DNA from: Rhodoluna sp.
Lineage (GTDB): Bacteria; Actinomycetota; Actinomycetes; Actinomycetales; Microbacteriaceae
Assembly (NCBI GenBank): GCA_044348705.1
Contig: JBIKSH010000005.1
Coordinates: 25,552 to 89,551 of the forward strand
Reading direction: 5' to 3'
DNA length: 64,000 nucleotides
Positions 17,888-30,642 of the stretch are shown piece by piece. The notes under the pieces are model-generated. The model was given only the letters and a program-made list of their open reading frames with translations. It did not search any database and was not told where the DNA came from. Position numbers and translations under genes: made by a program. Each line of letters begins with the position of its first letter. The first letter of the stretch is position 1.

Positions 17888-18934
17888 ATGGATATTGAGG
17901 ACTTCTCAACAGAAATGCGCGGTTACAAAAAAGACGAGGTTGACCGCGTCTTGGGTGAACTGCGCGCTGAGCTTGAGCACGTTCGCGAATACAACTTCAA
18001 CGCCGCCTCAGAACTCGACACCCTTCGCGCCGAAGTTGCTGCGCTAAAGAAGAAGAAAGATTCAGCTCCGGGCTACGCCGAACTCGGTGCCCAGTTTGAG
18101 CAAACACTTCGACTAGCAGAAGAACAAGCCAAGAAAATGGCCACGGATGCTGCGCAAGATGCCATCCGCGTTCGAGAAACAGCCAAGGCCGAGACCGAAC
18201 AACTCGCCCGCAAGGCTCAGCAAAAAGCTGACTCAATCATTGCCGAAGCTGAAGCAAAACTTGCCGAGGCAAAGATTCAAGCCGAAAGCCTCAGTTCTGA
18301 AATTCTTCAAAATGCCAAGTCTAAAGAGTCAGAGGCCGGCGAGAAGATCGCCACAGCCGCTCGTGAGGCCTCAGCTATCAAGTCTGAAAGCGAGCGTTAC
18401 GCCGCCGAACTTCGCGCACAGGTTCACCGTGAGACCGAAGAAGCCCGTGCCCTCGCTACCGAACTTGCTCAGCGCACCGCCCAGGCACGTGTAGAGCTTG
18501 AAGCGGAGCTAAAAACCCGTCGCGACGAGACTGAGCAAGAAGCGCTGACTCTTTACCAGAGGGCCGTAGCCCAGGCCCAAGAGACCACCGACGAAGCACA
18601 GCGCAACTTTGCTGAAGCTTCAGCTCGAGCCACCGAGATTTTGAGCGAAGCCGACAGGCTCAACCGCGAAGCAAACCAAAACGCTGCAGCGATGTCTGAT
18701 GAGGCAACTCGAACCGCAACCAACACGATCAACCAGGCCCGCCGACGCGCAGAGGCTCTAACCAAAAAGGCTGAGTCGATCGCAAATCACGCCATCAAGG
18801 AATCTGAAGATCGCCTAGTGCGCATGCGTGCCGAGCGTATCGAAATCGATGAGTTCTTGAACCAGCTGCGCAACCTAATGTCTACCGAGGCCATGGTCGC
18901 CGACGCAGAAAACGCTGCTCAGACCGACGACTAG
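17888..18934 (+). CDS. DivIVA-domain / long coiled-coil protein (about 348 aa)
   Basis: N-terminal DivIVA-like motif F..EMRGYKKDEVDRVL, followed by about 300 aa of Ala/Glu/Arg-rich heptad-like sequence. I chose ATG 17888 (AGGAG 11 nt upstream) because it matches the N-terminal length of the paralog at 32414. The track start is GTG 17843. Confidence 0.75.
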   Translation: MDIEDFSTEMRGYKKDEVDRVLGELRAELEHVREYNFNAASELDTLRAEVAALKKKKDSAPGYAELGAQFEQTLRLAEEQAKKMATDAAQDAIRVRETAKAETEQLARKAQQKADSIIAEAEAKLAEAKIQAESLSSEILQNAKSKESEAGEKIATAAREASAIKSESERYAAELRAQVHRETEEARALATELAQRTAQARVELEAELKTRRDETEQEALTLYQRAVAQAQETTDEAQRNFAEASARATEILSEADRLNREANQNAAAMSDEATRTATNTINQARRRAEALTKKAESIANHAIKESEDRLVRMRAERIEIDEFLNQLRNLMSTEAMVADAENAAQTDD

Positions 18935-18946
18935 TCTTTGGGTTTA

Positions 18947-22170
<3,224 letters not shown>

Positions 22171-22179
22171 CCTTCAATC

Positions 22180-23370
22180 CTACGAAGTGGTGTAGCCAGC
22201 CTTGCGCGCTCCGGCATGTGCCGCCGGTAGCGCGTCTAGAAATTTTTGAACGTCTTCGACGGTGTTTGATGATCCAAGAGTCACGCGGATGCACCCAGAG
22301 GCCTCTGCCTCGTCGCGCCCCATGGTCAGCAGAACGTGCGATGCTGCCGTTACGCCAGCCTGACAGGCCGAACCGTTCGAGACACATACGCCCGCTTGGT
22401 CGAGCAAAAAGAGCAGCGAATCGCCCGAGCATCCGGGAAAAGTGAAGTGAGCGTTATCAGGAAGCCCTGGCGCTTCTCCCCTGCTGAACCGAGCATCTGG
22501 CACAAGTTGCATTACGCCACGGATGACCTGATCGCGAAGTTCGCTGGTGTGCGAGGCGTGCTGCTCAAGATTTGCCACGGCCATCGATACGGCCAGAGAA
22601 AAAGCCTTCGCGCCAGCAGCGTTCATGGTTCCCGAACGCATGGCGCGTTCTTGACCGCCACCGTGCACGAGCGAGGTGAGTTTGACCGAGCGGGCTACCA
22701 CCAGAGCGCCCACGCCGACCGGTCCGCCAACCTTGTGGGCGGTAACTGCCATGGCAGCCAAGCCGGAGTCAGCAAAACTGATCGGAATGTGCCCCAAGGC
22801 AGCAACAGCGTCTGAATGAACCGGAATGTCGAAACGCTTTGCTAGCTCTGTCACTTTGCTGATTGGTGTGATGACGCCGGTTTCGTTGTTTGCCCACATG
22901 AGGCTGATTAGCGCCACCTCGTCGGAACGCTCATCTAGAAACTCCTCGAGCCACCCGAGGTTGACTACACCGAACTCATCAACCGGAATCCAGATTGCCT
23001 CGGCACCCTGCTCGCGCTCGAGCCACTCGATTGGGTCAATAACCGCGTGGTGTTCGGTGTATGCGCTCAGAATGATGTTGCGGCGCGCATCCTTGCGGTT
23101 TTGCGCCCAAAAAAGACCTTTGATGGCGAGATTGTCAGCCTCGGTGCCTCCGGCCGTAAAAATGATTTCGTTGCGATTGCAATCGATAGCTTTGGCGATT
23201 TCTTCACGAGCCTCTTCGAGCGCCTTACGTGAAGTCTGACCTGCTGTGTGAACCGACGATGGATTGCCCAAAACGGTTAGGTAGTCGGTGTAGCGCTGCA
23301 ACACCTCTGGCCGAATCGGTGAGGTGGCTGCGTGGTCAAGGTAGACAACCATGGTCTTTAGCCTAGCCAT
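22180..23370 (-). CDS. Cysteine desulfurase (NifS/IscS-like, class V aminotransferase)
   Basis: ..YLDHAATSP.., PLP-lysine region ..VTAHKVGGPVGVGAL.., active-site ..SNGSAC... It lies upstream of mnmA, the usual actinobacterial pairing. An alternative start is ATG 23352. Confidence 0.9.
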   Translation of the reverse strand: MARLKTMVVYLDHAATSPIRPEVLQRYTDYLTVLGNPSSVHTAGQTSRKALEEAREEIAKAIDCNRNEIIFTAGGTEADNLAIKGLFWAQNRKDARRNIILSAYTEHHAVIDPIEWLEREQGAEAIWIPVDEFGVVNLGWLEEFLDERSDEVALISLMWANNETGVITPISKVTELAKRFDIPVHSDAVAALGHIPISFADSGLAAMAVTAHKVGGPVGVGALVVARSVKLTSLVHGGGQERAMRSGTMNAAGAKAFSLAVSMAVANLEQHASHTSELRDQVIRGVMQLVPDARFSRGEAPGLPDNAHFTFPGCSGDSLLFLLDQAGVCVSNGSACQAGVTAASHVLLTMGRDEAEASGCIRVTLGSSNTVEDVQKFLDALPAAHAGARKAGYTTS

Positions 23371-23441
23371 TACGCCTTTGCGCCGTTGGCCACAGGTAAA
23401 CTTTGAAAGTTATTTGCCGCACTTGAAAAATCAGGAATCAC

Positions 23442-25484
23442 ATGCCCGAAAGCAACACCAGCACTTCAACGCTCGGTGTGACCCTGCATGATGGCAAAGG
23501 AACCATTCGCGTTTATTCGGCCAGCGCGACATCTATCGAATTCTTAGTTTTGAACCCCGACGATTCGAGCGAGGTGCAGACCCGTCTGACCTTGAAAAGA
23601 ACCGAAGCGGATGTCTGGGAAGCAACCTCGCCCGCTATCGCACCTGGTGTTCACTACGCACTTCGAGCATCTGGCCCAGACGGCGCGCGCCACGGCTTCA
23701 ACAACAAGATCAACCTCATCGACCCTTACGCCCGCGGCGTGGTTCGGGAATCGGCCAGAGATTTTCACAATGTTGTGATCGACGGGTCTTTCGACTGGCA
23801 GGGTGTTGAAAAGCCGAACACTCCGATGTCGCAAACCATCATCTATGAGGCGCACGCCCGCGGCTTGACCCGTGGAAACACTGATTTGCCGGACGACATT
23901 CGCGGAACCTATGCTGCGCTCGCGCATCCGAGCACTATCGAACATCTAAAGCGAATCGGAATAACCGCCGTAGAGCTTTTGCCGGTGCAGATGTTTATTT
24001 CAGAACCTCGCCTGATGAACATGGGCCTCATCAACTACTGGGGCTACAACACCATCAACTTCTTCACCCCGCACCACCGCTATGCGTCGCCCGCCGCGAT
24101 CGAGGCAGGGCCTGAAGCGATCGTCACCGAGTTCAAGACCGCCGTTCGAGAGCTGCACCGAGCCGGCATCGAAGTGATTCTCGATGTGGTTTACAACCAC
24201 ACCGCCGAAGGTGGCGCGCGCGGCTTGACCTACTCGTTTAGAGGCCTAGATAACTCGTCTTATTACCGACAAGACGACGCGGGCAACTACCACGACACCA
24301 CCGGATGCGGAAACTCGATGGATTTCTCAAATCCACGCGTTGTCGAACTGGTGATGGATTCGCTGCGCTACTGGACCACCGAGATGCAGATCGACGGCTA
24401 CCGTTTCGACCTGGCGACCACACTTGCCCGCGATGGATCAAACCAGTACGACCCGAACCACCCGATGCTTGCCGCGATGGCAAACGAACCAGTTCTCAGC
24501 GAGACCAAACTAATCGTTGAGCCTTGGGACGTCGGCCTCGGTGGCTGGCAGACCGGCAACTTTCCAGACCGTTTCAACGAATGGAATGACAGCTACCGCG
24601 ACTCGGTGCGTCGTTTCTGGCTGGCCGACTTAGCCGCGAAGCAAAACTCGGGGCATTTCAACAGTGGCGTCGCCGATCTGGCCACCCGTCTGGCTGGCTC
24701 TCGAGACATTGTCGATGGAGCGAACGGGCCGCTCGGGTCAGTGAATTTTGTGACCGCTCACGACGGTTTCTGCCTTCACGACCTGGTTTCTTACAACGTG
24801 AAACACAACCAGGTAAACGGCGAAGGAAACCGCGACGGCAACAACAACAACTATTCATACAACCACGGAGCCGAGGGCGAGGTTTCTGACCTTGGCATCA
24901 ACGCGCTGCGACGCCGTTCGGTGCGAAATATGCTCGGAACCCTATTGTTTTCAGCCGGCGTGCCGATGTTTACTGCAGGCGACGAACGTGCCAAGACTCA
25001 ATCTGGAAACAACAACGCCTATTGCCAAGACACCGCTCTCTCTTGGGTCAACTGGAGTCTGACCGACGCCCAGAAGAACCTCGAAAACAACTTCGCCTAT
25101 CTCACCCAGCTGCGTCGTGAAAATGCCTCGCTTCGCCAAACGAACTTTGGCAACTTTGAAACCGCGACACCAGAGAGCGATTTGGTGCGGTGGTATTCAG
25201 AGCACGGCGAAATTCTCACCGAACAGCAATGGCACGACGCCCAGCAGCGAACACTCGTTCGCCAAGTGCGCCATGTCGACGAAAACGGTGCGAAGAACGA
25301 AACTCTGACTGTGCTGCACGGTAATGACGATGCGATTTCGCTCACCCTTCCCCCAACTCCTGGTCACTGGGAGTTGATTTGGGACAGCACCCACGAAACC
25401 CCGCCGGTGAAGTTCTCGAAGCACAAGTCGCACTCGAAACTGCTAGTTGGCCCCACATCCATGCTGGTCTTTAGGGCCGAATAG
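23442..25484 (+). CDS. glgX: Glycogen debranching enzyme
   Basis: GH13 motifs YWGYNT, DVVYNHT, GYRFDLA, EPWD, FVTAHDGF. 680 aa. Confidence 0.9.
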   Translation: MPESNTSTSTLGVTLHDGKGTIRVYSASATSIEFLVLNPDDSSEVQTRLTLKRTEADVWEATSPAIAPGVHYALRASGPDGARHGFNNKINLIDPYARGVVRESARDFHNVVIDGSFDWQGVEKPNTPMSQTIIYEAHARGLTRGNTDLPDDIRGTYAALAHPSTIEHLKRIGITAVELLPVQMFISEPRLMNMGLINYWGYNTINFFTPHHRYASPAAIEAGPEAIVTEFKTAVRELHRAGIEVILDVVYNHTAEGGARGLTYSFRGLDNSSYYRQDDAGNYHDTTGCGNSMDFSNPRVVELVMDSLRYWTTEMQIDGYRFDLATTLARDGSNQYDPNHPMLAAMANEPVLSETKLIVEPWDVGLGGWQTGNFPDRFNEWNDSYRDSVRRFWLADLAAKQNSGHFNSGVADLATRLAGSRDIVDGANGPLGSVNFVTAHDGFCLHDLVSYNVKHNQVNGEGNRDGNNNNYSYNHGAEGEVSDLGINALRRRSVRNMLGTLLFSAGVPMFTAGDERAKTQSGNNNAYCQDTALSWVNWSLTDAQKNLENNFAYLTQLRRENASLRQTNFGNFETATPESDLVRWYSEHGEILTEQQWHDAQQRTLVRQVRHVDENGAKNETLTVLHGNDDAISLTLPPTPGHWELIWDSTHETPPVKFSKHKSHSKLLVGPTSMLVFRAE

Positions 25485-25519
25485 GCGAATAGCCGCCGAA
25501 TAATCGCTAAGTTTGGTTT

Positions 25520-27547
25520 ATGACCAGCGAGATTTCTTATCGTCACAACAGCCCGATTGGCCGCTTGCCGATTTTGAAAGTCGAGCCAACCGTTGAAGCC
25601 GGTCGCTGGGCAGCCAAGGCCTTTGTTGGCGAAGTCATTCCATTTTCTGCCGTTTCATTTCGCGAGGGCCACGACGCCCTTGGAGTTGAACTGCTACTAA
25701 CTAACCCAAAAGGTGATCTTTCAATCACTCGGATGCACGCTGGAGCAGCCGGAACAGATAGTTGGCACACCGCCGTTCAACTCGAAGAACAGGGTGTTTG
25801 GAAGTTTCAGATTCGCTCATTCTCAGACGAGTACGAAACCTGGCACCACAACACCGAGGTAAAGCTAGCTGCCGGTGTCGATGAAGAGCTCATGATGCTC
25901 GAGGGTGTTGCCCTGTTCACCGGGGCCGCTGCCGAGAAAGATCGCAAAAAGGCCAACGCAAAAGAACTAGTTCAGGCAGCTGAAGTTTTGGCAGACCAGA
26001 GCCACAGCCCCTCGGCCCGTTTCGCTGCTGCGCTGAACGTGAAGCTGCTCAAGGCGATTGCAGAGCATCCGGTTAGATCACTCGAGACTCTGAGCGAAAC
26101 CTACGAAATCAACTGTGAGCGCACCCTCGCCGGCGCTGGTGCTTGGTATGAATTCTTTCCGCGCAGCGAAGGTGCAAAGTTCGACAGCAAGACCAAAACT
26201 TGGAAATCTGGCACTTTCAAAACCGCTACTAAGTCACTTTCTCGCGTCGCCGAAATGGGCTTCGACGTGCTCTATATGCCGCCGGTGCATCCGATTGGTG
26301 AAGCGTTCAGAAAAGGCCCGAACAATTCGCTAAACGCTGTTGGGCAAGACCCTGGCTCACCTTGGGCGATTGGTTCAACCGCTGGCGGTCACGACACCAT
26401 TCACCCAGACCTTGGCACCGAAAAAGACTTTGCGGCGTTCGTGAAGGCTGCAGGCGAGTTGGGTATTGAGGTCGCAATGGACCTGGCCGTTCAGGCCAGC
26501 CCCGACCATCCGTGGGTTCAAACCAACCCGGAGTGGTTCACCACTCGCGCCGATGGGTCGATTGCCTACGCCGAGAACCCACCGAAGAAGTATCAAGACA
26601 TTTATCCGGTGAACTTTGACAACGACCGCGAGGGCATCTACCTAGAGATTCTGCGAGTGGTCAAACACTGGATTTCGCTCGGTGTAAAGATTTTCAGAGT
26701 CGACAACCCGCACACCAAGCCGGTTAACTTTTGGGAATGGCTCATAGCCGAAGTCAACGCCGACCACCCAGACGTGATCTTCTTGGCCGAGGCGTTCACT
26801 CGCCCAGCGATGATGCACACGCTCGGCAAGGTTGGCTTTCAACAGAGCTACACCTATTTCACTTGGCGAAACACCCCGAGCGACCTGCGCGACTACTTGC
26901 TTGAGCTTTCGCGCGAAACGGCGGCCTTCTTCAGGCCGAATTTCTGGGTTAGCACTCCAGACATTCTTACCCAGTATCTGCAGTATGGTGGTCGCCCCGG
27001 CCACAAGATTCGTGCTGCGCTGGCAGCTACCGCTTCTCCTTCTTGGGGCCTCTATTCCGGGTATGAGCTTGTCGAGTCGGTTGCCCGCCCTGGGGCTGAA
27101 GAGCACATCGACTCTGAGAAGTACGAATACAAAGTGCGCGACTGGGATGCTGCAGAGCAAAGTGGCCGTTCAATCGCGTCTTACGTGGCCAAACTTAACC
27201 ACATTCGTCGAGACCACCCGAGCCTCGGGCAGCTTCGCAACATCGAGTTTCACCACAGCGACGACGGTGCATTCCTAGTTTTCTCGAAGCACATCAGCGC
27301 AGAGCACAGCTTCACGGGAGATTCCGACACCATCATCGTGGTCGTGAACACCGACCCTCATGCCGTGCGTGAAACTACCGTGCGTCTTGACCTAACCAAA
27401 CTTGGTTTGCCGGCCGAAGCCAACTTTGAGGTGCAAGATTTGATCACCGGAGAGCGATACCACTGGGGCTCAAATAATTTTGTTCGCCTCGACGCCTTTG
27501 ATGAACCCGCTCACATTCTTCATTTGGTCAGAACGAAGAAGAAGTAG
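25520..27547 (+). CDS. glgE: Alpha-1,4-glucan:maltose-1-phosphate maltosyltransferase
   Basis: N-terminus ..IGRLPILKVEPTVEAGRWAAKAFVGE..FREGHDA.. is typical of GlgE. GH13_3-like core (..FRVDNPHTKP..). 675 aa. Confidence 0.88.
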   Translation: MTSEISYRHNSPIGRLPILKVEPTVEAGRWAAKAFVGEVIPFSAVSFREGHDALGVELLLTNPKGDLSITRMHAGAAGTDSWHTAVQLEEQGVWKFQIRSFSDEYETWHHNTEVKLAAGVDEELMMLEGVALFTGAAAEKDRKKANAKELVQAAEVLADQSHSPSARFAAALNVKLLKAIAEHPVRSLETLSETYEINCERTLAGAGAWYEFFPRSEGAKFDSKTKTWKSGTFKTATKSLSRVAEMGFDVLYMPPVHPIGEAFRKGPNNSLNAVGQDPGSPWAIGSTAGGHDTIHPDLGTEKDFAAFVKAAGELGIEVAMDLAVQASPDHPWVQTNPEWFTTRADGSIAYAENPPKKYQDIYPVNFDNDREGIYLEILRVVKHWISLGVKIFRVDNPHTKPVNFWEWLIAEVNADHPDVIFLAEAFTRPAMMHTLGKVGFQQSYTYFTWRNTPSDLRDYLLELSRETAAFFRPNFWVSTPDILTQYLQYGGRPGHKIRAALAATASPSWGLYSGYELVESVARPGAEEHIDSEKYEYKVRDWDAAEQSGRSIASYVAKLNHIRRDHPSLGQLRNIEFHHSDDGAFLVFSKHISAEHSFTGDSDTIIVVVNTDPHAVRETTVRLDLTKLGLPAEANFEVQDLITGERYHWGSNNFVRLDAFDEPAHILHLVRTKKK

Positions 27548-29749
27548 ATGGCCAAGCGCACTCCCCTCCTACCGGCAATTAGTGAGTTCGAGCGCGACCG
27601 AGTCTCGAACGGCAGTCACCACGACCCGCATGCGACATTGGGAGCGCATCCGGTAGCAACCGGTGGTTGGGTGATTCGCGCGCTCCGCCCGATGGCCAAA
27701 TCGGTGAGCGTGGTTTTTAAAAACGGTAAAGAACTAGAACTTAATCACGTTTGGAACGGCATCTGGGATGGCTTCGTTGATGCGAAGTCAGCCCCCGACT
27801 ACCGAATCAAAACAACCTATGCTCAAGACGGCAAGACCACCGAGTGGCTAGCCGACGACCCATACCGCCACCTGCCAACCATCGGCGAGCTTGACCTGCA
27901 CCTAGTTGCCGAGGGGCGCCACGAAGAACTCTGGAACGCACTCGGCTCACACGTGCTCTCGATCAAGGGCGACATGGGAATCAGCCGTGGAACATCGTTC
28001 AAGGTCTGGGCTCCGAACGCCGAAGCCGTGCGAGTGGTGGGTGACTTCAACCACTGGAGTGGAGTTGCTCACTCAATGCGAGTTATGGGCGGCACGGGCG
28101 TGTGGGAGTTGTTCATTCCAGGCATCGAAGCCGGCAGCGCATACAAGTACGAAATTTTGACCAAGCAGGGTCACTGGATCAAGAAGATTGACCCGATGGC
28201 GAGAGCCACCGAGGTGCCGCCAGACACCGCATCGATTGTCACCGAGTCGACTCACAGTTGGAAAGACAAAACGTGGATGTTGGCGCGAACCAAGCGCGAC
28301 GCGTTGAGCTCACCGATGAGTATTTACGAACTGCACGCCGGTTCGTGGAAGCACGCGATGAACTACCGAGAACTTGCCGACGAACTGATTCCTTATGTGC
28401 AGAAACTTGGCTTTACCCACGTCGAATTCATGCCGCTCGCCGAACACCCTTATGGGCCATCCTGGGGCTACCAGGTGACCGGCTACTACGCCCCAACCTC
28501 GCGGTTCGGCAGCCCTGATGACCTTCGCTACCTGATCGACAAGCTTCACCAGGCCGGCATCGGCGTGATTCTCGACTGGGTACCAGCGCACTTTCCGAAA
28601 GATGACTGGGCCCTGGCGCGTTTCGACGGGCAAGCGCTCTATGAGCATGCCGACCCGAGACGCGGCGAACACCCTGACTGGGGAACCTACATTTTTGACT
28701 TCGGCCGAACCGAAGTTCGCAACTTCTTGGTTGCCAACGCGCTCTACTGGCTCGAAGAGTTCCACATCGACGGCCTGCGAGTCGACGCCGTGGCTTCGAT
28801 GCTCTACCTCGACTACTCGCGCGAAAACGGTGAATGGCTGCCGAACGAGTTCGGCGGGCGCGAAAACCTAGACGCCATTCGCTTCATGCAAGAAACCAAC
28901 GCAACTGCCTATCGTCGCAACCCCGGCATCATGATGATCGCCGAAGAATCGACCTCGTGGGGAGGTGTATCGGCACCAACCGACGGCGGTGGGCTCGGTT
29001 TCGGGTTCAAGTGGAACATGGGGTGGATGAACGACACCCTCAAGTACGTCGAGAGAGACCCGATGTACCGCAAGCACCACCACGGCGAGCTCACCTTCTC
29101 GATGCTCTACGCGTACAACGAGAAATTCGTTCTTCCAATCAGTCACGACGAGGTTGTGCACGGCAAGGGTTCACTTCTCGCCAAGATGCCGGGCGACCGC
29201 TGGCAGCAGCTTGCAAACGTTCGCGCCTACCTGGCCTACATGTGGGCGCATCCGGGTAAACAACTTTTGTTCATGGGAAGCGAATTCGGCCAGCCATCCG
29301 AGTGGAATCAAGAGCGCGGTTTGGACTGGTGGATTCTCGAGCAGCCAACCCACCAAGCTCTGCAGTCGATGGTTTCGACCCTGAACCGGGTTTACGTAGA
29401 CAATGCCGCCTTCTGGCAACTGGACCACGACCCAGCCGGTTTTGTCTGGATCGACGGCGGCAACGCCGACGCAAATTTGCTGAGCTTTTTGCGCGTCGAC
29501 AAGTCGGGTAACCAGATTGCCTGCGTGATCAACTTTGCCGGGCAGCCGCACCACAATTTCACCCTCGGGCTACCTCGATCGGGCAAGTGGAATGAGATTT
29601 TGAACACGGATGCCACGGAATATGGTGGCTCGGGCGTCGGAAACTTTGGGTCGGTTGAGGCATCAGGCCCCGGCTCACATGGTCAGCCATACTCAGCGAC
29701 CATCAGCGTGCCTCCCCTAGCCGCTGTTTGGTTCAAGCCGGCTCGCTAG
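27548..29749 (+). CDS. glgB: 1,4-alpha-glucan branching enzyme
   Basis: GH13 branching-enzyme motifs ..FKVWAPNA..DWVPAHFP..GLRVDAVASMLY..EESTSWGG... The ATG immediately follows the glgE TAG (TAGATG at 27545-27550). Confidence 0.93.
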   Translation: MAKRTPLLPAISEFERDRVSNGSHHDPHATLGAHPVATGGWVIRALRPMAKSVSVVFKNGKELELNHVWNGIWDGFVDAKSAPDYRIKTTYAQDGKTTEWLADDPYRHLPTIGELDLHLVAEGRHEELWNALGSHVLSIKGDMGISRGTSFKVWAPNAEAVRVVGDFNHWSGVAHSMRVMGGTGVWELFIPGIEAGSAYKYEILTKQGHWIKKIDPMARATEVPPDTASIVTESTHSWKDKTWMLARTKRDALSSPMSIYELHAGSWKHAMNYRELADELIPYVQKLGFTHVEFMPLAEHPYGPSWGYQVTGYYAPTSRFGSPDDLRYLIDKLHQAGIGVILDWVPAHFPKDDWALARFDGQALYEHADPRRGEHPDWGTYIFDFGRTEVRNFLVANALYWLEEFHIDGLRVDAVASMLYLDYSRENGEWLPNEFGGRENLDAIRFMQETNATAYRRNPGIMMIAEESTSWGGVSAPTDGGGLGFGFKWNMGWMNDTLKYVERDPMYRKHHHGELTFSMLYAYNEKFVLPISHDEVVHGKGSLLAKMPGDRWQQLANVRAYLAYMWAHPGKQLLFMGSEFGQPSEWNQERGLDWWILEQPTHQALQSMVSTLNRVYVDNAAFWQLDHDPAGFVWIDGGNADANLLSFLRVDKSGNQIACVINFAGQPHHNFTLGLPRSGKWNEILNTDATEYGGSGVGNFGSVEASGPGSHGQPYSATISVPPLAAVWFKPAR

Positions 29750-30642
29750 TAGAGCAGTGTAGCCAGTCGTCGCCTTGCGGCGGCAAGGTCTGCGTTGGCA
29801 GGGTCGATCACCGCAAACAATTCGACGATGTGCTTTCTGATCGTCTCTCGGTCGTCGAAGCGCTGCTCAAAAGCATCGAGCAAGGCATCGAAAGCAACCT
29901 TGACGCTCGATGTTGAAACTTGGATGTCGGCCCAAGCGAGCAATTCGTCGAGACCCGTTGGCGGCTGGTCTGAAACCTTTTCGAAATCTGCGTCGGCGGT
30001 GCGCTTTAGTAACTTCACCTGTGCCAAGCCAGCCATTGCTAGGTCGTCTCTCGGGTTTTCGCGAAGCGCCTGCTCATAAACGTCAATCGCACCGTCGTAA
30101 TCTTCGGTTTCGATAAGCTCGAACGCCTTCTGATGAAGAGGGGGCAACTGAACCTCGACTTCTTCGGCCGACACCTCGGCCTGACCGGTTACCCCGTTTT
30201 CACTTGCAACCTCAAGAACGCGAGCAAAGATTTGCTCGATAACCTCAGCAGACTGCTCACCTTCGAACAATGGAACAGGCTGACCCTTAACCACGGCCAC
30301 CACCGTGGGAGCTCCCTTGATACCGAAAGCCTGACCAACCCGTTGTTCGATTTGCGCATCGATTCGAGCGAGCACGAGTCGACCATCCAAGTTCTCGACG
30401 GCAGCGCGCAGACGATCACTGATTTCCATGGCGCGAACCGAGTCGGCGTGAAACTCGAGAATCACCGGCACCGATGCCGATAGGTCGAGAACGGCCTTTA
30501 GGGTTTGTTCGGTGCAGTTTTGCACGAGAGCCGCGACAGCGATGCGCGAGGTCGACTGGGCCGATGTCGCCGCTGGGGTTGCGCTTGCGTCAGGCCCCTT
30601 CTTGAGCGAAGAGAGATCGTATGCACCGCTGAGCGAAGACAT
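29746..30642 (-). CDS. Thioredoxin-fold plus TPR-like co-chaperone-type protein (YbbN/CnoX-like), no CxxC
   Basis: A thioredoxin-like segment ..VPVILEFHADS.. lacks redox cysteines. The C-terminal region is TPR-like (..YDGAIDVYEQALRENPRDDLAMAGLAQV..). The call rests on motif pattern only. Confidence 0.55.
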   Translation of the reverse strand: MSSLSGAYDLSSLKKGPDASATPAATSAQSTSRIAVAALVQNCTEQTLKAVLDLSASVPVILEFHADSVRAMEISDRLRAAVENLDGRLVLARIDAQIEQRVGQAFGIKGAPTVVAVVKGQPVPLFEGEQSAEVIEQIFARVLEVASENGVTGQAEVSAEEVEVQLPPLHQKAFELIETEDYDGAIDVYEQALRENPRDDLAMAGLAQVKLLKRTADADFEKVSDQPPTGLDELLAWADIQVSTSSVKVAFDALLDAFEQRFDDRETIRKHIVELFAVIDPANADLAAARRRLATLLY

